Origin: Desulfobacterales bacterium
Lineage (GTDB): Bacteria; Desulfobacterota; Desulfobacteria; Desulfobacterales; C00003060
DNA length: 64,000 bases
Direction of reading: 5' to 3'
Assembly: GCA_030616475.1 (NCBI GenBank)
Contig: JAUWXF010000001.1
Coordinates: 6,845-70,844 of the forward strand
Made by a program: the position numbers and the translations under genes. Under the pieces are notes generated by a model. That model was not told where the DNA came from. It ran no database searches and saw only the letters and a program-made list of their open reading frames with translations. Every line of letters begins with the position of its first letter. Within the stretch, counting starts at the first letter, position 1. Shown here piece by piece: positions 7,067 through 16,474 of this stretch.

Positions 7067-10000
7067 CTAAAAAGCCCCTTCCAGGGCGTCATCAATGACC
7101 TCAAACATCTGCTGGTCCCGATACCCCAGAAGCACCGAGGCGCTGTTGGGACACACTGCCGCACAAGAACCGCACCCCTGGCACATAAGCGTGTCCACCA
7201 GGATCTTCTCCTGCTCCTCATCATGCCATCTGGCCCCATAGGGACAGGCAGCAATGCACTGTTCGCACAGGGAGCAAAGACTGTGACGCACTTCGGCCAC
7301 GATGCCGCCTGCGGCCACCTGTTCGCTGCTCAGGATCCTGAGGGCACGCTGGGCGGCCGCCTCGGCCATGGCAATGGACTCTTTTATGGAACGGGGCGAA
7401 TGTGCCATGCCGCACGTAAAGATCCCTTCCTTCAGGAAATCCACCGGACGCCATTTAGATTCGGCTTCCTGGAAAAAGCCGTCCTCGTCCACCTCAACCC
7501 CGAATATCTCTGCGAGCTTTTTGTGGTCGCCCGGGATGACTCCAGTGCTGGGCACAAGTGCGAGCTTTTTCTGGTCGCCAGCAACGATCCCTGTGCTGAG
7601 CACAAGCAGGTCTGGCCGCAGCACAATTTCCCGGCCAAGGATTGGATCAATGGCGGAAATGCGTGGGCGGCCATTTTCAACCGTTACCTGGGGCTTTTCG
7701 CTCACTTCGTACTGTATAAAGAGCACCCCGGCCTGACGGGCCCTGGTATAATAAGCCTCCATGAACCCATAGGCCATGATGTCTCTGTAAAAGATGTAAA
7801 CCTGGATCTCAGGGTTTTGTTCCTTGAGGTAGAGGGCATTTTTCAGGGCCGAGGCACAGCAGATCCGGCTACAGTAATTGCGTGGTTCTTCCCTGGAGTC
7901 CACGCACTGGATCATTGCCACCACACCAAGGCCGGCAGGGGCCAGGGTTCCATCTGCAAGCTTCTGCTCAAATTCGTGCTGGGTGACGATCGCCTCGCTT
8001 TGTCCATAAGAGTAAGATTCGGTCTTGGCTTCATGAGCGCCGGTAGCCAGCACCGCCACGCCGTGCTCCAGGGTTTCGCCTGCCCCCTCCGCCTTCTCAA
8101 TGGTCGTGATAAAACGGCCGACTCGCCCCTCGGAGTGGATCACCCGCGCCTTCTTATAAACATGGATCTGCGGATGCTTTTCCACCCCGGAGATTGTCTT
8201 CTCCAGAAGCTCCTGGGGTGAATCCCCTTCAAGAGTCCGATGCAACAAGCGGACATTGCCTCCCAATTCATCTGCCTGTTCCACCAGGCCCACCTCAAAG
8301 CCGTGGTCGGCAATGGCAAGGGCTGCGGTCATCCCCGCAATACCGCCTCCCACAACCAGCGCCTTCTGGATGACCGGAGTAGTGGGTACTGGCAATGGGT
8401 CCTTGCCCTTCAGCTTGCCAACGCCCATGGCTATCGTGGCACGAATATCCCGACCTGCCTGCTCCTTATCCGCATCGTGGCCGGGAAATACCGCGGTTCG
8501 GATGTCCACCACATCCATGAGCGCCGGGTGAAGCCCAACCGCCCCACCCAATTCCTGAAGTTTTTTCGTATACACGTAGGGCATACAAGCGCCAATCAGA
8601 ACTCGATTCGCCTTGGTGTCCTGCAATTTCTCTTGAAGTTCATTCCAGCCCTCCTGGGTACAGACGCGCTCGATGCGCTGAACTGGACCCACGGAGTTAA
8701 GATCTGTGAGGCTTGCTTCCAGTGCTTCTATATTGACTACTTCTGTTAGGGCATCTCCGCAGGTACAAAGCGCTACAAAGACCTGCGGCGGTTCCCGTGA
8801 AACATCGCGAAACTCTGGTTGCCCCGGAGGCACCTCCGCCAGGCTGCCCCCCTTGGCATGAATCAGGCTGGATGCTGTTAGGGCGGCTGAACTTGCCTGG
8901 ATAACCGACTCGGAGATATCCTTTAGGCCGGAGAAGGACCCCCCAACAAGGATTCCTTCCTGGGCGGTGCGGCTTAAGGAAAAGCTTTCGGGGTGGCAGA
9001 AACCCCATGGATTCAGATCAAGTCCGGCGATTTCCGCCAAGGTCTCGGTCCCTTTAGAGGGCCTCTGGCCCGCTGCAAGTACCACCAGGTCGAAAACCTC
9101 TTCATGTAGCTCGCCGGCCACATCCGCATACCGAATTGCCAGGTCGCCATCCGTGCCTGCGTCTACAACCGAATGGACCCGGCATCTTTGAAAGCGGACC
9201 CCTTGTTCCTTTTCAGCCTGATCCCTGTAACGCTGGAAGTTCTTCCCAAAGGTGCGCATGTCCATATAAAAGATGGTCGTTTCCGCTTCACCCCCGCTAC
9301 GCTCCTTTGCCAGCAACGCTTCTTTGATAGCGAACATGCAGCAGGCAGAGGAGCAGAAGTCGGCATTGTGCTGCGGATCGCGTGACCCTACACACTGGAG
9401 CCAGGCCACCCTGCGGACCTCTTTGCCGTCGCTTGGCCGCAAGAGCCTTCCCTGATTTGGCCCGCTGCCGCTGACCCCCCGCTCGAACTCAACACTGGTA
9501 ACAACATTGGGAAGCACACCGTATCCGTAAGTGTTCGTGCCCGTGGCCGGGTCAAAGGAGGCAAACCCCGCAGCAAGAACCACTGCCCCAACTTCAATTT
9601 GCCGCTCTCCGGCGCGCTCAATTTTCTGGTGAAGTTCAACCACCAACGGAACCAGGGTATCCGGGTCAAAAGGCTTCATCAAGTACTCAAGGGCGCCGAT
9701 CTTCATCGCTTCCACGGCCGTCTCCACCGTGGCATAGGCGGTCATCATTACGACCGGGAGATCAGGGCGCATCTCTTTGGTCCGTTTTAGGACCTCCACA
9801 CCATCAATGCCCGGCATCTTGATGTCCAGCAGCACCAGATTGAAGGCCTCTTCCCGCAGCTTGTCCAGGGTTTCAGTTCCCGATTCGGCAGTATCCACCC
9901 GGAAGCCCTCATCCTCCAACCACTCTTTGAGTGAATCACGAACAACCAGTTCATCGTCCACGACCAGAATACGAAATGCCCGGCGCACCTCCACACCGAA

Positions 10001-10543
10001 GTCAATGGCATTGGTGGGACAGACCTTTTCACATTCTCCGCACAGGGTGCAAGAGGCCATGTCCACCACATAAGTGTTTGGAATATTATGGGGTACCGGC
10101 AGGTAAATCGCCTTTCTCCTGGTCAGACCGGCATTAAACTCATCAGGGGCCTCCGCCGGACAGACCCGGGAACACTCCCCGCAGCCGATACAACGCTCGG
10201 GATCCACCATGGTCGGTTTCTGACGCAGGGTGACCAGGAATTTTCCCGGCTCTCCTTCCATTGCCGACAGTTCTGTTGAAAGTAAGATATCAATGTTCTC
10301 GTGAAAGAGGCCCTTACGGAGACAATATTGTGAGGATCTATCGCGCTCCACCAGGGGAAGCATCCTGCACATTCCGCAGTGGTCGCTTGGAAACTGGTAA
10401 TCGAGTTGCATCAGGGTACCGCCCAGATTCGGGGCCTTGTCGATGAGTGTTACATGGTAGCCCACTTCTGCCAGGTCAAGAGCTGAACGGATGCCGCTGA
10501 TTCCGGCTCCCACCACCAAAGCTGAGCCAATCTTTTTCTTCAT
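7067..10543 (-). CDS. Giant double HdrA-like flavoprotein (QmoA-like + QmoB-like halves) with an internal receiver (REC) domain
   Basis: 1158-aa ORF. The N-terminal half has GAGISG, DHCGMC and two CxxCxxCxxxCP motifs. A complete REC (ILVVDDE..LLDIKMPGIDG..MTAY..KPF, about nt 9614..9976) is inserted. The C-terminal half has [19 protein letters not shown] and two terminal 4Fe-4S motifs. Confidence 0.9.
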   Translation of the reverse strand: MKKKIGSALVVGAGISGIRSALDLAEVGYHVTLIDKAPNLGGTLMQLDYQFPSDHCGMCRMLPLVERDRSSQYCLRKGLFHENIDILLSTELSAMEGEPGKFLVTLRQKPTMVDPERCIGCGECSRVCPAEAPDEFNAGLTRRKAIYLPVPHNIPNTYVVDMASCTLCGECEKVCPTNAIDFGVEVRRAFRILVVDDELVVRDSLKEWLEDEGFRVDTAESGTETLDKLREEAFNLVLLDIKMPGIDGVEVLKRTKEMRPDLPVVMMTAYATVETAVEAMKIGALEYLMKPFDPDTLVPLVVELHQKIERAGERQIEVGAVVLAAGFASFDPATGTNTYGYGVLPNVVTSVEFERGVSGSGPNQGRLLRPSDGKEVRRVAWLQCVGSRDPQHNADFCSSACCMFAIKEALLAKERSGGEAETTIFYMDMRTFGKNFQRYRDQAEKEQGVRFQRCRVHSVVDAGTDGDLAIRYADVAGELHEEVFDLVVLAAGQRPSKGTETLAEIAGLDLNPWGFCHPESFSLSRTAQEGILVGGSFSGLKDISESVIQASSAALTASSLIHAKGGSLAEVPPGQPEFRDVSREPPQVFVALCTCGDALTEVVNIEALEASLTDLNSVGPVQRIERVCTQEGWNELQEKLQDTKANRVLIGACMPYVYTKKLQELGGAVGLHPALMDVVDIRTAVFPGHDADKEQAGRDIRATIAMGVGKLKGKDPLPVPTTPVIQKALVVGGGIAGMTAALAIADHGFEVGLVEQADELGGNVRLLHRTLEGDSPQELLEKTISGVEKHPQIHVYKKARVIHSEGRVGRFITTIEKAEGAGETLEHGVAVLATGAHEAKTESYSYGQSEAIVTQHEFEQKLADGTLAPAGLGVVAMIQCVDSREEPRNYCSRICCASALKNALYLKEQNPEIQVYIFYRDIMAYGFMEAYYTRARQAGVLFIQYEVSEKPQVTVENGRPRISAIDPILGREIVLRPDLLVLSTGIVAGDQKKLALVPSTGVIPGDHKKLAEIFGVEVDEDGFFQEAESKWRPVDFLKEGIFTCGMAHSPRSIKESIAMAEAAAQRALRILSSEQVAAGGIVAEVRHSLCSLCEQCIAACPYGARWHDEEQEKILVDTLMCQGCGSCAAVCPNSASVLLGYRDQQMFEVIDDALEGAF
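7511..7606 (-). repeat. Imperfect 48-nt tandem duplication inside the giant hdrA-like gene
   Basis: TGCGAGCTTTTTGTGGTCGCCCGGGATGACTCCAGTGCTGGGCACAAG (7511..7558) compares with TGCGAGCTTTTTCTGGTCGCCAGCAACGATCCCTGTGCTGAGCACAAG (7559..7606). The protein reads STGIVAGDQKKLALVPSTGVIPGDHKKLAEIF. Confidence 0.85.
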
Positions 10544-10566
10544 AGCTGAAAAACCCCACTTTCACT

Positions 10567-11712
10567 CTATTCCTTGCCGCCAGTGAGCTCTAGAAACTCT
10601 CCTTCGCGAAAGATGGAAAGGGGCGGATCGTCCTCCACACTGCGCCCAGGCTCGTATTCAAAGGCTTTTTGGGTGTGACTCGAAACGGTTCGGAAAAGCT
10701 GCATCACGGGAATATTGTTGGGACACGCATTGGAGCACTGGCCGCAGCCGATACAGGCCGTGCTCATGTGGGCCAAACGGGTAATATGGAAAAAGACCGT
10801 GTCAGTAGGCATCTTGATGATACCTTTCCGCTTGGCCCAACGCAGATACTGCGTGGGTTCGTGGTCGAACACATCGGTGACAAAGACACACTCCTTGCAG
10901 TAGCAAACGGGGCAGGCCACCCGGCAGTTGAAACAGTTAACGCAGTTGGCCAGATAGCTCGTGAGCTTCTCAATGTTTGAAGTGGCCTCAGTGGTTTCCG
11001 CAAACATCTTGTCACGGTACTCGACGCGCTGGGCTACCAGGCTGTCGATTGCCTTTTTGCGGCCGTCCGGCTCCTTGGCCTCCGGCAGTTTCAGCTTTTC
11101 CAGCAGGGCCTCACCCTGGGGTGTGTTGGCCTTGACAAGCATTTGCTGATTGATGTCCACGCCCACCAGACCGATGAGCACATCAGCATTTTCCGGAACT
11201 GGATACTCGCAGGCCTTGCATGCCGGGGAGAGATCAAAATCCTCGACGGCCGTGCTTTTTCCTGCCAGGACATTCTGGCAAAACCGGAGTGTGGCCTCGG
11301 CGCCGTCATCCCCGACAAAACGGCGATAATCGACATTGGTGTAAGCTCCCAGGCAGTCTATACCCACCAGTACGACTTCCTCCATGCGCCCCTGTTTGAG
11401 CTTCACCAGTTCAATGAAGGCCCGAATCTCGCAGGGCCTGAGAACGACAGCCACACTCCCTCCCAGTGGTTTCCCGGTGAGTCTGGAAACTACCTTGGCT
11501 GCGTTCATTGGAAAGACAGGCGCCAGGGGATCAGTGCCGTTCAGCTTTTCCGGGTCGGTCACCAGGGTAGGCATGACCACGTCTTTCATTGGAAGATGCT
11601 GTGGCACCAGGATGGCGCTTATCTCTTCTTGTTCAAGAAGTGTCTTGAAAAACCCTTGCAACGAGTTGAGCGGGTTCTGCTCTTTCACCTCAATCTTCGC
11701 TATCTTCGCCAT
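10567..11712 (-). CDS. FeS protein with a C-terminal 2x[4Fe-4S] domain; the N-terminal part resembles FrhB/FdhB-type subunits (assignment tentative)
   Basis: 381-aa ORF with CVNCFNCRVACPVCYC and CIGCGQCSNACP motifs, lying between mvhD and the giant hdrA-like gene. The family call is from memory only. Confidence 0.75.
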   Translation of the reverse strand: MAKIAKIEVKEQNPLNSLQGFFKTLLEQEEISAILVPQHLPMKDVVMPTLVTDPEKLNGTDPLAPVFPMNAAKVVSRLTGKPLGGSVAVVLRPCEIRAFIELVKLKQGRMEEVVLVGIDCLGAYTNVDYRRFVGDDGAEATLRFCQNVLAGKSTAVEDFDLSPACKACEYPVPENADVLIGLVGVDINQQMLVKANTPQGEALLEKLKLPEAKEPDGRKKAIDSLVAQRVEYRDKMFAETTEATSNIEKLTSYLANCVNCFNCRVACPVCYCKECVFVTDVFDHEPTQYLRWAKRKGIIKMPTDTVFFHITRLAHMSTACIGCGQCSNACPNNIPVMQLFRTVSSHTQKAFEYEPGRSVEDDPPLSIFREGEFLELTGGKE

Positions 11713-11732
11713 TTTTTCTCTCCGTCCATGTC

Positions 11733-12155
11733 CTATAATACCATCTGATTCCTCACTTCATTTGGGCCCAGGGCCTTGAGCTCGGGCACCATCTCTGTAA
11801 TGGTTTCGGCAAATTGAATACCATCACTGGCACCGATCCAGGTAAGCTTCACCCGCTGTTCGTCAAAGCCGAACCTGGGCAGGAGCTCTTTCAGCAACTT
11901 GACGCGCCTGCGGGCCTTGAGGTTACCGTTCATGTAATGGCAGTCGCCTATGTGACATCCGCTGATAAGTACGGCGTCTGCGCCTTCCAGCAGGGCCTTG
12001 ATGACGTACTTGGGATCGACCATCCCGGTGCACATTACCCGGATCAATCGCACGTTGGGGGGATAGGACAACCTGGAGGTCCCTGCCAGGTCAGCCGCCG
12101 TATACGTGCACCAGTTGCACACAAAAGCAATGATGGTTGGTTGGTAGTCTTCCAT
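11733..12155 (-). CDS. mvhD: MvhD-like [2Fe-2S] protein (all-Cys version)
   Basis: 140-aa ORF with the motifs IIAFVCNWCTYTAADLAG, RVMCTG and ISGCHIGDCHY. Confidence 0.9.
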   Translation of the reverse strand: MEDYQPTIIAFVCNWCTYTAADLAGTSRLSYPPNVRLIRVMCTGMVDPKYVIKALLEGADAVLISGCHIGDCHYMNGNLKARRRVKLLKELLPRFGFDEQRVKLTWIGASDGIQFAETITEMVPELKALGPNEVRNQMVL

Positions 12156-12179
12156 GCTCTCCCTCCCGAGATAATTTTC

Positions 12180-12210
12180 CGTTGCGCAAATTCTACAAGC
12201 TATTTAGGCC
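12180..12210 (-). promoter_or_regulatory. Motif A copy (degenerate) upstream of mvhD
   Basis: CGTTGCGCAAATTCTACAAGCTATTTAGG aligns with the copies at 15766, 16838, 31082 and 63238. Confidence 0.35.
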
Positions 12211-12246
12211 ACAGGTTTCTTGTGCTTTCTTCTCCCGCCTCACACC

Positions 12247-12346
12247 TGGAATAATGGAATGTTGGAATATTGGAATATTGGAAACAAAAGCCGCAATCAG
12301 TTGTTCCCGATGCTACATTCCGCATTCCGCATTCCGCATTCCATTA
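12247..12346. repeat. Stutter-hairpin element (GGAATATTGG arm / CATTCCG arm) at the 3' end of the hdrL-like gene
   Basis: The arms are TGGAATAATGGAATGTTGGAATATTGGAATATTGGAAAC and CATTCCGCATTCCGCATTCCGCATTCCATTA. In the minus (mRNA) sense the mismatches become G-U pairs. Confidence 0.8.
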
Positions 12347-15300
12347 TATACCCACCGCACTGAGCGCATCCATGATGCCGTCGAGCTCTGCAAAGATTTG
12401 CTTCTCTTTGAAATGTCTGACCTGCGCAGCGCCGCTCGGGCAGAATCCGGCACAGCTCCCGCATCCCTTACAAAGGGCTTCGTTTACTACCGAGACTCCT
12501 CTTCGTGCATCAAACTCAATGGCGGTGTAAGGACACAGCCCGATGCAGGTCTGGCAGCCAGCGCATATATTCGGGTCTATCCAGGAAATGGTAGACGGAA
12601 TCTCCACACGTCCCAGCGTAGCCATGGCAAGGGCCTTGGCGGCTGCCCCGGATGCCTGGGCAACCGCGTCCGGAATATCTTTGGGTCCCTGGCAGGCGCC
12701 GGCCAAAAATACTCCGTCCGTAGCAGTATTCAGCGGTCCCAGCTTGGGGTGTTCCTCCAGGAAAAACCCATCTGCTCCCTGGCTGACCCCAAAAATCCTG
12801 CCTACATCAAGAGCATCCTTGCGGGCCTGCATGGCAACGCACAGGACCGCCATATCCACAGGCACTCTTAAACGCTTGCCCAGAAGGGTGTCTTCGCTGA
12901 TCATGATGAGCTTGTCTTCCTCTTCCGGTGTGATGGCCTGGTCGGTGATCTCGGCCACTTTGCCTCTGATGAAGGTGGTACCTTCTTCCTGACACCTCAG
13001 GTAAAACTCCTCGTAGCCTTTGCCAAAGCAGCGCATGTCAATGTAAAAATCATAGACTGGTGTTTCGTGTCCGACCTTTTCCTTGATCAGGTGGGTGTAC
13101 TTGATTGCATACATGCAGCAGACCCGTGAGCAGTATTCGTGGTAGTGCACATCCCGGCTGCCGATGCAGTGGACAATGGCCACGCTCTCCGGGGGCTTCG
13201 TAAGTTCTCCATTTTCGTCTCTGATAAGGATCTTGCCGCCGGTGGGCCCTGTGGCATTGCTGAGGCGCTCGAACTCGAGGCTGGTATAGACATTGGGATA
13301 GGTGCCGTAGCCAAACTGTTTCATGGGGGTGGGATCCAGGATGTCGTATCCGGTCGTCAGGATGATGCTGCCAACCTTGACCTCCATCTCTTCTTCCTTC
13401 ATGGTGTGGTCAACTGCCTTTGCCTCGCAGGCCTGCACGCACTCCATACATTCGCAGCAGATGCCGCAGTTGAGGCAGCGGTTTGCCTCCCGTTGTGCAT
13501 CTTCTTCTGAAAAGCCAAGCTCCACCTCGTCAAAGGAAGACGCCGCTTCCTTGGCGTCCCGATGCTGCGCCTTTGCCCGGGCTTCTGTGGCAAGGCCCTC
13601 AGGGATTTCTTTCCAATCCTGGCCCGGGGGTTCCTGGGCTGCCAACTCCTCGGCATAGAGGTCAAGATCCTCGCCATTGACGTAGCGGTGAATAGCCTCG
13701 ACCGCCTTGTGACCGTCTGCCACTGCCTCGATCACCGTTGCCGGGCCGGTGACCGCATCGCCCGCAGCAAACACATGGGGAATGGACGTCTGCATGGTGT
13801 GGCGGTTCACCACCAGAGTGCTCCGGCCGGTAACCTCCAAAGCGGCGCCATCTATGGCCCAGCCTACGTCTGTCTGCTGGCCAATGGCGGGAATGACCCC
13901 ATCGCAGTCGATCACAAACTCGGAGCCCTCCACAGGCACTGGTCGCCGCCTGCCGCTCTCATCAGGTGGTCCGAGTTCGGTGCGCACGCACTCGATGCCA
14001 GTGGCCTTTCCATCCGCACCAAGGATGCGCACAGGCGCGGTCAGGTAATGAATCTTGACACCTTCGGCCAGGGCGCCCTCGATCTCTTCGGCGAAAGCGG
14101 GCATCTCTTTTCGGCTGCGTCGATAGACCATACTCACCTCCTCACAGCCAAGCCGCTTGGCAACCCGGGCAGCATCAACGGCCACATTTCCGCCGCCAAT
14201 GATTACCGCGCGCCTGCCGGGCCGCTCCCGGCTACCCAAATTCACCTCCCTGAGAAAATCGACTGCATTCACCACACCCTCGAACTCATCCTCACCAGGG
14301 ACATTCGATTTCGTCCCGAGGTGCGCGCCAATCGCGAGGAAAACTGCGTTGAAGCCCTGCTTTTTGAGATCATCCAGCGTGAAGTCCGTACCTAAACGTT
14401 TGCCGGTTTCAGTCTCGATTCCCAGTCGGAGAATGTAATTTATCTCCCGGTCCAATACCTCCGGGGGCAGCCGGTAATCCGGGATACCCACCCGGAGCAT
14501 ACCGCCCAGCACCGGAAGCGCTTCAAAGATTGTCACCTGGTAGCCCTTAAGACGGAGATAGTAGGCCACAGTCAGCCCGGCCGGACCCGAACCAACCACA
14601 GCCACCTTTTCTGTGCGGTCCTCGATTTCCGGCAAAGGGAGATCATCAAGATTCACCTGGTCAGAGGCAAAACGCTTCAAATCCCTGATGGCAATCGCTT
14701 CATCCACATCCATCCTTCGGCATTTAGATTCGCACGGATGCGGGCAGACCCGTCCCAGGACCCCGGGCAAAGGGAGGCGCTCCATGATCAACTGGATAGC
14801 CTCCTTGTATTTGCCCTGGCCAATGAGCTGCACATAGCCCTGAATATTGATGCCTGCCGGACAGGTGGTCACGCAGGGGGCCCGGTCTTTCTTATCAACA
14901 CAGAAGGTGATCGGCACTGCCTGCGGAAAGGATCTGTAGATGGCCTTTCTCATCGCCAGACCCTCATCCCATTTGCTGGGCATTTCAACAGGACAGACCT
15001 TGGCGCATTCACCGCAGCCCGTGCAGACACCTTCTGTTACATACCGGGGCTTCCTGCGAATCTTCACAGTGAAGTTGCCAATATATCCCGATACCTCCTT
15101 AACCTCGCTATACGAGAGCAGCTCGACATTCGGATCCTGTGCCACAGAAACCATCTTTGGCGTTCCGATACAGGCAGCGCAGTCAAGTGTGGGAAAGGTC
15201 TTATCGAACTGGAGCATATGCCCGCCGATGGTGGTTTCTCTTTCCACCAGGTATACCTTATGGCCAGAGGCGCCTATGTCGAGCGATGCCTGCATGCCAG

Positions 15301-15757
15301 CAATGCCGCCACCAACCACCATGATATCAGGATGGACACCCACCTCACGGGTGGCAAGACGCTCATGATAGTTGACCCGGTTGATGGCCGCTGCCACCAA
15401 TGTTTTTGCCTTCCTGGTCGCCTCGTCTTCATCCAGGGTTACCCAGGAAACCTGTTCGCGCACAGAAGCCATCTGGAAAAGGTAAGGGTTGAGCCCGGCC
15501 CGCTGACAGGCGCCCTGAAAGGTCTTTTCATGGAGTCTTGGCGAACAGGAGGCCACCACGACCCTGTCCAGGCCAAATTCCCTGATGTCGCTTTCAATCA
15601 TCTCCTGCCCTGGATCTGAACACATGAACTTGTAGTCTCGGGCCACCACCACATTCCTCAGAGCCCTGGCAAATTCCGCCACCTCTTCCACGCGGACCCT
15701 ATAGGCAATGTTGATGCCGCAATGGCAGATATAAAATCCGATTTTCGTAGCCATCAT
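12344..15757 (-). CDS. Large HdrA-like flavoprotein with an inserted NfnB/GltD-like NAD(P)H module (HdrL-type architecture)
   Basis: 1137-aa ORF. It reads [36 protein letters not shown]. The insertion carries CPHPCESKC, VVGSGPAGL, GGGNVAVD and DESGRRRP. The HdrA C-terminal part follows (CIGSRD and two terminal 4Fe-4S motifs). Confidence 0.9.
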   Translation of the reverse strand: MMATKIGFYICHCGINIAYRVRVEEVAEFARALRNVVVARDYKFMCSDPGQEMIESDIREFGLDRVVVASCSPRLHEKTFQGACQRAGLNPYLFQMASVREQVSWVTLDEDEATRKAKTLVAAAINRVNYHERLATREVGVHPDIMVVGGGIAGMQASLDIGASGHKVYLVERETTIGGHMLQFDKTFPTLDCAACIGTPKMVSVAQDPNVELLSYSEVKEVSGYIGNFTVKIRRKPRYVTEGVCTGCGECAKVCPVEMPSKWDEGLAMRKAIYRSFPQAVPITFCVDKKDRAPCVTTCPAGINIQGYVQLIGQGKYKEAIQLIMERLPLPGVLGRVCPHPCESKCRRMDVDEAIAIRDLKRFASDQVNLDDLPLPEIEDRTEKVAVVGSGPAGLTVAYYLRLKGYQVTIFEALPVLGGMLRVGIPDYRLPPEVLDREINYILRLGIETETGKRLGTDFTLDDLKKQGFNAVFLAIGAHLGTKSNVPGEDEFEGVVNAVDFLREVNLGSRERPGRRAVIIGGGNVAVDAARVAKRLGCEEVSMVYRRSRKEMPAFAEEIEGALAEGVKIHYLTAPVRILGADGKATGIECVRTELGPPDESGRRRPVPVEGSEFVIDCDGVIPAIGQQTDVGWAIDGAALEVTGRSTLVVNRHTMQTSIPHVFAAGDAVTGPATVIEAVADGHKAVEAIHRYVNGEDLDLYAEELAAQEPPGQDWKEIPEGLATEARAKAQHRDAKEAASSFDEVELGFSEEDAQREANRCLNCGICCECMECVQACEAKAVDHTMKEEEMEVKVGSIILTTGYDILDPTPMKQFGYGTYPNVYTSLEFERLSNATGPTGGKILIRDENGELTKPPESVAIVHCIGSRDVHYHEYCSRVCCMYAIKYTHLIKEKVGHETPVYDFYIDMRCFGKGYEEFYLRCQEEGTTFIRGKVAEITDQAITPEEEDKLIMISEDTLLGKRLRVPVDMAVLCVAMQARKDALDVGRIFGVSQGADGFFLEEHPKLGPLNTATDGVFLAGACQGPKDIPDAVAQASGAAAKALAMATLGRVEIPSTISWIDPNICAGCQTCIGLCPYTAIEFDARRGVSVVNEALCKGCGSCAGFCPSGAAQVRHFKEKQIFAELDGIMDALSAVGI

Positions 15758-15765
15758 TCAACCTC

Positions 15766-15801
15766 ACGTTTCGGAATTTCTACAACCGATTGAGATCATA
15801 G
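15766..15801 (-). promoter_or_regulatory. Motif A copy, 9 nt upstream of the hdrL-like start
   Basis: ACGTTTCGGAATTTCTACAACCGATTGAGATCATAG. The core GTTGTAGAAATTCCGAAAC (minus sense) is a 19-bp imperfect palindrome, GTT-N3-GAA-N-TTC-N3-AAC. Confidence 0.45.
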
Positions 15802-15821
15802 TTTTTCTCTGGTATCTATTT

Positions 15822-15882
15822 ATGCCATCGCCACGCACAGTACACAGCTTTTATGCCAATATTCATGGCAATGGCGGGCAGG
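15822..15882. repeat. Family-6 hairpin (GCCATCGCC ... GGCAATGGCGGGCAGG)
   Basis: Related to CCTGCCCGCCATTGCC...GGCGATGGCAGGCGGG at 45868..45933 and to 56302..56367. Confidence 0.6.
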
Positions 15883-16062
15883 TAAAACCATCACTCTCTC
15901 CGAGGCGTAGGCTCTCCGAGCCGGAGGCCGGTACTCCAATTGGGCCGAAGCCCCTAAGTTCAATTACCACCACCAGAGGTAGTGGGTTGTATTGTTAATC
16001 CTTAAATCCGCCTGAGGCGGACTGGTCTAAGTGAGCTAAAGTGCCTAAAGTCCCTAAAATGC

Positions 16063-16368
16063 CTAAAGTTTAAGTGTTAACCTGCAACAGCAGACAAGGT
16101 TACTTGAATAGAATTGCCAGGTTGTATGATCTAATTGCGGTTCAGGCAGGGACTGGCCCGGACGGATATTTAGCATCTTCTGATAATGCAAGAAATTCTT
16201 CTTGGCTATGGCCGAGAGTATGACTGGAATGTGCTTCAATTGACCGTCGCTTTTGAGTTGCCGGCACATCTCAATGCCGCCGCCTTTTTTGGCAACATCA
16301 CGTCCGGAATGATGATGGGCAATGTCGAATATCCACCTGAATATGCGACATTTTTTGCCTTTGAACAA
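16063..16368 (-). pseudogene. Possible receiver-domain remnant
   Basis: GGGIEMCRQLKSDGQLKHIPVILSAIAKK resembles the central part of REC domains. The N-terminal acidic pocket and the C-terminal KPF are missing, and the ORF is isolated among repeats. Confidence 0.3.
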
Positions 16369-16474
16369 TGTGAGTATGAAGTGGCTTTCTTATACTAGTC
16401 TGGCTAAAATGTCAACAAAAAAAAAGAATTCCCCTCCCCTAGGGGCAATGCTGTTGAATTAAGGAGTTGGCTGG

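Noticed and set aside
7223-15619. Long antisense or alternative-frame ORFs inside the big hdrA-like genes (for example 7223..8221, 13562..14395, 14738..15619, and elsewhere 29558..30574, 43213..43884, 44299..45030)
   Set aside because: Each overlaps a longer ORF with unambiguous FAD/FeS motifs on the other strand or frame. Their sequences are low-complexity (Arg/Gly/Pro/His-rich), as typical for shadow ORFs.
15766-15801. Motif A as a Rex operator
   Set aside because: The half-site TTGTAGAA only loosely resembles the TTGTGAA of Rex boxes. The spacing and right half (TTCCGAAAC) do not fit the TTGTGAA-N4/6-TTCACAA pattern as I remember it. The regulator is left unassigned.
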